DNA of 10,792 nt. Source: Planctomycetales bacterium. GTDB taxonomy: Bacteria > 4484-113. Under the pieces are notes generated by a model, which was given only the letters and a program-made list of their open reading frames with translations, ran no database searches and was not told where the DNA came from. The stretch covers positions 2,482 through 13,273 of the forward strand of contig JBBIJQ010000030.1 in the NCBI GenBank assembly GCA_037445915.1, given 5' to 3'. Each line of letters begins with the position of its first letter. Position 1 is the first letter of the stretch. Both the position numbers and the translations under genes were made by a program. Positions 6,793 to 10,792 of the stretch are shown here, one piece after another.

Positions 6793-7635
6793 GTGGTAAG
6801 GCGCTTTCAGCGTTCTTACAACAGGCTCGGAAGCAAGGGCAGCCTTGCCTGGCCGGCCGCAATAGTCGCGCTTATCATCGTCGCCTGGCTTATCAGCCTC
6901 ATAGCAGGAGGGGGGCAAGTTGGTGGGATGGTAACTACGGCAACCAGCAAGACCGCTAAGGCAGCCAACTCTGTCGGCCAAGAAGCTGTCGGCTTCTTTG
7001 AAATTTTCCGCTTCCGCAACAATGTCCGCCGCGCCCGCAAGATGGAGGCTGAGATCGGGTTTCTCAAGATGGAACTCCAACAAGCGGCGGCCGCCAAGCG
7101 TCAAAACGAAGAACTGCGCCGTCTTCTTAATCTCAGCATACCGTCCGGCTTCCAAAGCGTCGGCGCGGAAGTGGCCACGCGCAGCATGGACTTGTGGTTT
7201 GACACGCTGGTGCTTGACCGGGGAAGCGAAGCCGGCATCAGCGTTCAAAACCTGGTCGTGAACTCGCGAGGGGTAGTGGGCGAAGTCGTTGAGGTAGGAT
7301 ATTGCTACTCCAAGGTGCGCCTATTGACAAGCCCTGATTTCGCGCTTTCGGCGGTGACGAACACCTCCAATGTCGGGGGCATAGTGATAGGCACAGGCCC
7401 GACACGCCTAAGCCTGCAATACGTACCGCTGGAGTCCGGCCTGCGGCTGCAAGAGAAAGTTTACTCAGCCGGGCTGGCTGCGCAGGCGGACGGCAAGCCC
7501 CGCCCGCGCGGGATACTCATCGGCCTAGTGGACAGCATCAAGAAAAACCCCGGCCAGCCAATGCTGCATATTGTCGTGCGGCCGGCGATTGACGTGAGCA
7601 ATTTAGGCTTAGTGGCCGTCTTAATCCCAAAGTGA
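6793..7635 (+). CDS. mreC: Rod shape-determining protein MreC
   Basis: TM helix, coiled coil ending QNEELRRLL, then LVLDRGSEAGI, GVVGEVVEVG..YSKVRLLTSP and GILIGLV. It lies upstream of mreD and mrdA. Start placed at GTG 6793 (AGGA upstream); the ORF track's TTG 6736 falls inside the putative promoter. Confidence 0.92.
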   Translation: MVRRFQRSYNRLGSKGSLAWPAAIVALIIVAWLISLIAGGGQVGGMVTTATSKTAKAANSVGQEAVGFFEIFRFRNNVRRARKMEAEIGFLKMELQQAAAAKRQNEELRRLLNLSIPSGFQSVGAEVATRSMDLWFDTLVLDRGSEAGISVQNLVVNSRGVVGEVVEVGYCYSKVRLLTSPDFALSAVTNTSNVGGIVIGTGPTRLSLQYVPLESGLRLQEKVYSAGLAAQADGKPRPRGILIGLVDSIKKNPGQPMLHIVVRPAIDVSNLGLVAVLIPK

Positions 7636-8141
7636 GAACTCCCAGGGCAAAGGCACTTTTCCTCTTCATTGCCGCAATGGCCATCCAACTTGCGCTGCTC
7701 CAGCATTCGCCCTCATTCGCCAAGACATTTGACTTGCCGCTGCTACTCCTCGTCGCGCTGGCGGTGTCACAGGAGCCGCTGCTCGTGCTCGTTTTCGCAG
7801 CCGCCACCGGCCTAGTCTTCGATTCGCTTACCGCTTCGCACACTCTAATGCTTACTAGCTTCTACCTCGGCACCAGCGCGTTCATTTCGCTGCGCAAGCC
7901 GTATGTGTTCCTGAATAATCCTTTCCCGTTCATGGCTACGGTCGCCGCGCTCGCGCTGGGGAAAGTAGTTTTCGCCTACTTATGGACGGTGATGTTCGTT
8001 AAGCCAGTAAGCCCTGCCCTGCTTGCGCATATTAACTGGGTTGGATTGGCGCTCATCATCGCGCTCTCTTGGCTCGCTGCGTCGCGGTTGCTGCTTATGC
8101 TCAAAGACCCGGAGGTGCTTGACTTTGAGGTTAGGCGGTAG
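7632..8141 (+). CDS. mreD: Rod shape-determining protein MreD
   Basis: 169-aa, very hydrophobic multi-TM protein with DLPLLLLVAL and GLVFDSL motifs. It lies between mreC and mrdA with a GTGA overlap. Confidence 0.85.
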   Translation: MRTPRAKALFLFIAAMAIQLALLQHSPSFAKTFDLPLLLLVALAVSQEPLLVLVFAAATGLVFDSLTASHTLMLTSFYLGTSAFISLRKPYVFLNNPFPFMATVAALALGKVVFAYLWTVMFVKPVSPALLAHINWVGLALIIALSWLAASRLLLMLKDPEVLDFEVRR

Positions 8142-9936
8142 CAAACAGCGAATCCACTTGGGGCGAGAAGGGGCGTACGCGCTTTTTCTCGCGTTCCTGC
8201 TCGCGCTGCTGGTGTCCCATGTCTTCAGCCTTCAAGTCGTTAGGCACGGCACCTACCTCGCAAAATCGCTGGGCAACAAGATTCAGGCGATTCCGCTGCT
8301 TCCCCCGCGCGGCGAGATTTACGACCGCAGTGGAAAGCCGCTTGCAGTCAACCGCCCCTCCTACATCCTTAAGTATTTTCCTCCTGCGGGCGACGCGAAG
8401 AACGACGAGACGCTCGCATTCATCGCTCAATGGCTCGCGACTAATCCGACGAAGCTCGCAGAATCGGTCAATAAGCAAAGAAACATTCTCTACGCCTTCC
8501 AACCGGTTACGGTAGCCGACGACCTTTCGCTGGAGCGAGTCGCATACATTGAAGAGAACCGCAAGCAGTTCCCCGGCTGTTATGTTGACGCGGCGAACTC
8601 CGTCCGTTACTACCCGCTGGGCCCAGCGGCGGCCCACCTTATCGGCTACACTGCGCAAATGGCTGAAAAGGAGTTTGCTGCCCGCAAGGCCGCTGGCTAC
8701 CTCGCCAACGAGCCGCTGGGCAAGGAAGGAATTGAGCGGCAGTACGAAAGCGACCTGCGCGGCGCGCTGGGCGAGCGCGACATTGAGGTTGACCGCTACC
8801 GCTACTTCAAGCGCGTCGTCGTAGAGAAGCCCCCAACGAAGGGGCGCGACATTTACCTAACTATTGACAGCCGCATCCAGTCTGCGGCCTACAGCGCGCT
8901 TGGAGGAAGGCGCGGCGCGGCAATCGTGATGGACCCCAATACCGGTGAAGTCCTCGCGCTGGCAAGCTCGCCGTCTTACGACGCCAACCTTTTCCGCGCC
9001 AAGAAGGGCGGGGATTATTTCGCGCGCGTCATTAGCGATAACCGATTCCCTATGCTAAACCGCTCGGTAGGCAACACCTACGCCCCCGGCTCCACAATCA
9101 AGCAGGCAATCGTTTTGGGCGCGCTAGAGTCGGGCGCAATCGGGCGCAACGCAACTTACTACTGTCCCGGCTATCTTGAAATCGGCAACCGCAAGTTTTA
9201 CTGTTGGCAGAGAACCGGGCATGGCACGCTGGGGCTGCTGGACGCAATCGGCAAGTCGTGCGATGTCGCGCTTTACCACATCGGCCTTAAGCTTGGTGTC
9301 TCCGGCCTTCGGCGCATTTACCGCGAATTCGGGTTTGGCGAGCCCACGGGCATTGACTTGCCCAATGAAGCTTCCGGGACAGTGCCCACAAAGGAGTGGA
9401 AGCGCAGGCATTACTCCGGCAAGAACTACAACGAGGTTGACCGCATCTGGTATGACGGCGACACGGCGAATATGTCAATCGGCCAGGGCTTTATGCTGGC
9501 AACGCCTCTTCAAGTCCTGATTATGGCGAACACAATCGCATGCGGTGGCAAGACCGCGCGACCCGTGCTCGTAAAAGGGATGGGGTCGGCGGGTGAAGTT
9601 GATGCGCCGGTGCGGCAAGCCCCGCAGGTTCATAATTTTACCGATGAAAACATGCAAGTCGCGCGCGATGGAATGCGCCGTGGCGCGCTGCTGGGAGGAA
9701 CAGCGGAAACAATGCGCAGCCTGCCTGTATCCGTCGCCTGCAAGACCGGCACCGCCGAAGTCTGGAAAGGAGAGCCGCACAGCTGGTTTGTCGGCTACTT
9801 CCCCGCGAAAACCCCGCAGGTTTCCGTCGTCGTCTTCCTTGAAAACGGCGGCTCTTCCGCAACCGGCGCTGTCCCTGCCGCCAAGCAGCTCATTGCGCAG
9901 ATTGCGAATATCTTGGATATGCGAACCAGCCTGTAA
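8125..9936 (+). CDS. mrdA: Penicillin-binding protein 2 (class B, elongasome transpeptidase)
   Basis: PPRGEIYDRSG, RYYP, GKEGIERQYE, G.DIYLTID and the catalytic motifs GSTIK (SxxK), SCD (SxD, PBP2-type) and KTGT. Start placed at TTG 8125, 9 nt after GGAGG (8111-8115), rather than 8023. Confidence 0.95.
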   Translation: MRLGGSKQRIHLGREGAYALFLAFLLALLVSHVFSLQVVRHGTYLAKSLGNKIQAIPLLPPRGEIYDRSGKPLAVNRPSYILKYFPPAGDAKNDETLAFIAQWLATNPTKLAESVNKQRNILYAFQPVTVADDLSLERVAYIEENRKQFPGCYVDAANSVRYYPLGPAAAHLIGYTAQMAEKEFAARKAAGYLANEPLGKEGIERQYESDLRGALGERDIEVDRYRYFKRVVVEKPPTKGRDIYLTIDSRIQSAAYSALGGRRGAAIVMDPNTGEVLALASSPSYDANLFRAKKGGDYFARVISDNRFPMLNRSVGNTYAPGSTIKQAIVLGALESGAIGRNATYYCPGYLEIGNRKFYCWQRTGHGTLGLLDAIGKSCDVALYHIGLKLGVSGLRRIYREFGFGEPTGIDLPNEASGTVPTKEWKRRHYSGKNYNEVDRIWYDGDTANMSIGQGFMLATPLQVLIMANTIACGGKTARPVLVKGMGSAGEVDAPVRQAPQVHNFTDENMQVARDGMRRGALLGGTAETMRSLPVSVACKTGTAEVWKGEPHSWFVGYFPAKTPQVSVVVFLENGGSSATGAVPAAKQLIAQIANILDMRTSL

Positions 9937-9987
9937 TGCGCAAACTTGTATCGCGCCCGTCCAAAATTCGGGTTTCGTGTCGGGTGC

Positions 9988-10142
9988 GCCGGGCTTTGCC
10001 AGCCATTGAAGCGCCGCCTACCCACACATATTCCAGAGCCGGGCTGGCGACCCTCCGCCGCTTACGCTATGGCGCGTAAAGCCTGGCCTACCCATTGTTG
10101 ATGCAATGAGATTCCAGAGCTAGGCTAAAGCCACGACCTAAC
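9988..10142 (-). repeat. Cluster of three degenerate GTAG-type REP-like palindromic repeats
   Basis: GCCGGGCT recurs at 9988 and 10038, GCCTACCCA at 10016 and 10086, and ATTCCAGAGC at 10030 and 10111. On the - strand the units read GTAG-GCGGCGCTT...AAGCCCGGC, GTAG-GCCAGGCT...AGCCCGGC and TAG-GTCGTGGCTTTAGCCTAGC. Confidence 0.6.
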
Positions 10143-10189
10143 CAAGTTAGAACGGCAACCCTACGCCAACGAAAAGCCCAGGCTGGCGG

Positions 10190-10792
10190 CTACCACAGTG
10201 AAGGGTCAAACTTCATCACGAGGGCGTCGCTGCCGCCGCCGCCAATGTCCTGAACGCCGTCGGGCGCGCCTTCGGTCCCGCTAGGCGAATTCTCTGTTCC
10301 GCTGGCGAAGTCGTCGGCGCCTGAAGGATTGCCATCATTGCCGCCAGGCTCAAAAGTTGACCCTGAAGCCTCCGCCCACGAGCCATTGATATCAGGCGCA
10401 AATCCCCCGAGATACACATATCCACTGCCATCCACAGATAGGGCGTATGCTTGTTCAAAGTCAGTCCCCCCCCAGGTCTTCTGCCAGAGCAAATCCCCGG
10501 CTCCGGAATACTTGAGAAGGAAAGCATCAGAATTGCCTGCGCCGAAGCTAGATGTGTATCCTGCTACATACACGTTCCCGCCGCCATCTACGGATAGGGC
10601 GTATGCTTCTTCCAAGCCAGTTCCCCCCCAGGTGTGCGTCCACCCTTGGGGAAGAACAGTTAGCGGGAAGTTGTAGTTGTCCGACCCATAGGCGTTGCTC
10701 ACCACCAAGTTGACCGAATAGCTACCCGGCGCGCCCAGCGTTACTGTAGGGCTTGCTTCAGTGCTCTCGTTGGGCGCAGCCCCGCCGCCAAA
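10190..10792 (-). CDS. 5'-partial PKD-domain plus beta-propeller-repeat (SBBP-like) surface protein
   Basis: The frame is open to the right edge. FGGGAAPNESTEASPTVTLGAPGSYSVNLVVSNAYGSD is PKD-like and is followed by two TWGG...AYALSVDG.G.VY..G repeats and a G/S/E-rich tail ending DALVMKFDPSLW. Confidence 0.85.
   Translation of the reverse strand, partial: FGGGAAPNESTEASPTVTLGAPGSYSVNLVVSNAYGSDNYNFPLTVLPQGWTHTWGGTGLEEAYALSVDGGGNVYVAGYTSSFGAGNSDAFLLKYSGAGDLLWQKTWGGTDFEQAYALSVDGSGYVYLGGFAPDINGSWAEASGSTFEPGGNDGNPSGADDFASGTENSPSGTEGAPDGVQDIGGGGSDALVMKFDPSLW
10427..10633 (-). repeat. Intragenic direct repeat, 156-nt (52-aa) period
   Basis: 10427-10477 and 10583-10633 match at 45 of 51 nt and encode TWGGT..E.AYALSVDG twice. 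Confidence 0.9.

Noticed and set aside
8023..8124. ORF-track start of mrdA deep inside mreD
   Set aside because: It would overlap mreD by about 120 nt. TTG 8125 has a GGAGG SD and gives a normal short cytoplasmic tail before the TM helix.
9256..9264. SCD instead of SxN in the PBP active site as a sign of inactivation
   Set aside because: SxD is the normal second motif in PBP2/MrdA-type enzymes, and SxxK and KTG are intact.
9937..10189. Intergenic repeats as a mini CRISPR array or ncRNA
   Set aside because: Exact repeats are only 8-10 nt with inconsistent spacing (50, 70 and 81 nt), there are no cas genes, and I recognise no ncRNA family motif.
10400..10633. Near-identical repeat pair near a gene 3' end as a DGR template/variable region
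   Set aside because: Mismatches are not adenine-specific (G/A, G/T, G/C, C/T and A/G all occur), both copies are in-frame protein repeats, and there is no reverse transcriptase in the window.
241..10676. The many short alternative ORFs in the track (e.g. 637..888 poly-Pro, 1282..1683, 6739..7248, 8131..8658, 9593..10009)
   Set aside because: They are antisense or off-frame shadows of well-supported genes in GC-rich DNA with no recognisable motifs. The poly-Pro and poly-Ala runs are other readings of the (GGC)7 tract.

Overview
Bacterial chromosomal window, apparently from a diderm since it carries an exbB/exbD/tonB set. It holds two divergent gene arrays plus one convergent partial gene. The leftward (- strand) array is tightly packed: exbB/tolQ-like, exbD/tolR-like, tonB-like, a C-terminally anchored TPR protein, a secreted hypothetical, a ROK-family kinase, rsfS, tRNA-Ala(GGC), and a secreted hypothetical that runs off the left edge and is missed by the ORF track. 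The rightward (+ strand) array is mreC-mreD-mrdA (PBP2), with no adjacent mreB or rodA. A 250-bp intergenic region with degenerate GTAG-type REP-like palindromes follows, then the 3' end of a convergent PKD plus beta-propeller-repeat gene. I found no CRISPR array, DGR, integrase or transposase. The most unusual directly visible signal is a tRNA-Ala(GGC) with C instead of the near-invariant U33, starting 4 nt after the rsfS stop. The second is an ExbBD motor with intact conserved residues whose TonB partner lacks the transmembrane His; it sits with uncharacterised envelope genes head-to-head with the elongasome genes. All family assignments come from motif recognition by eye; no searches were run.
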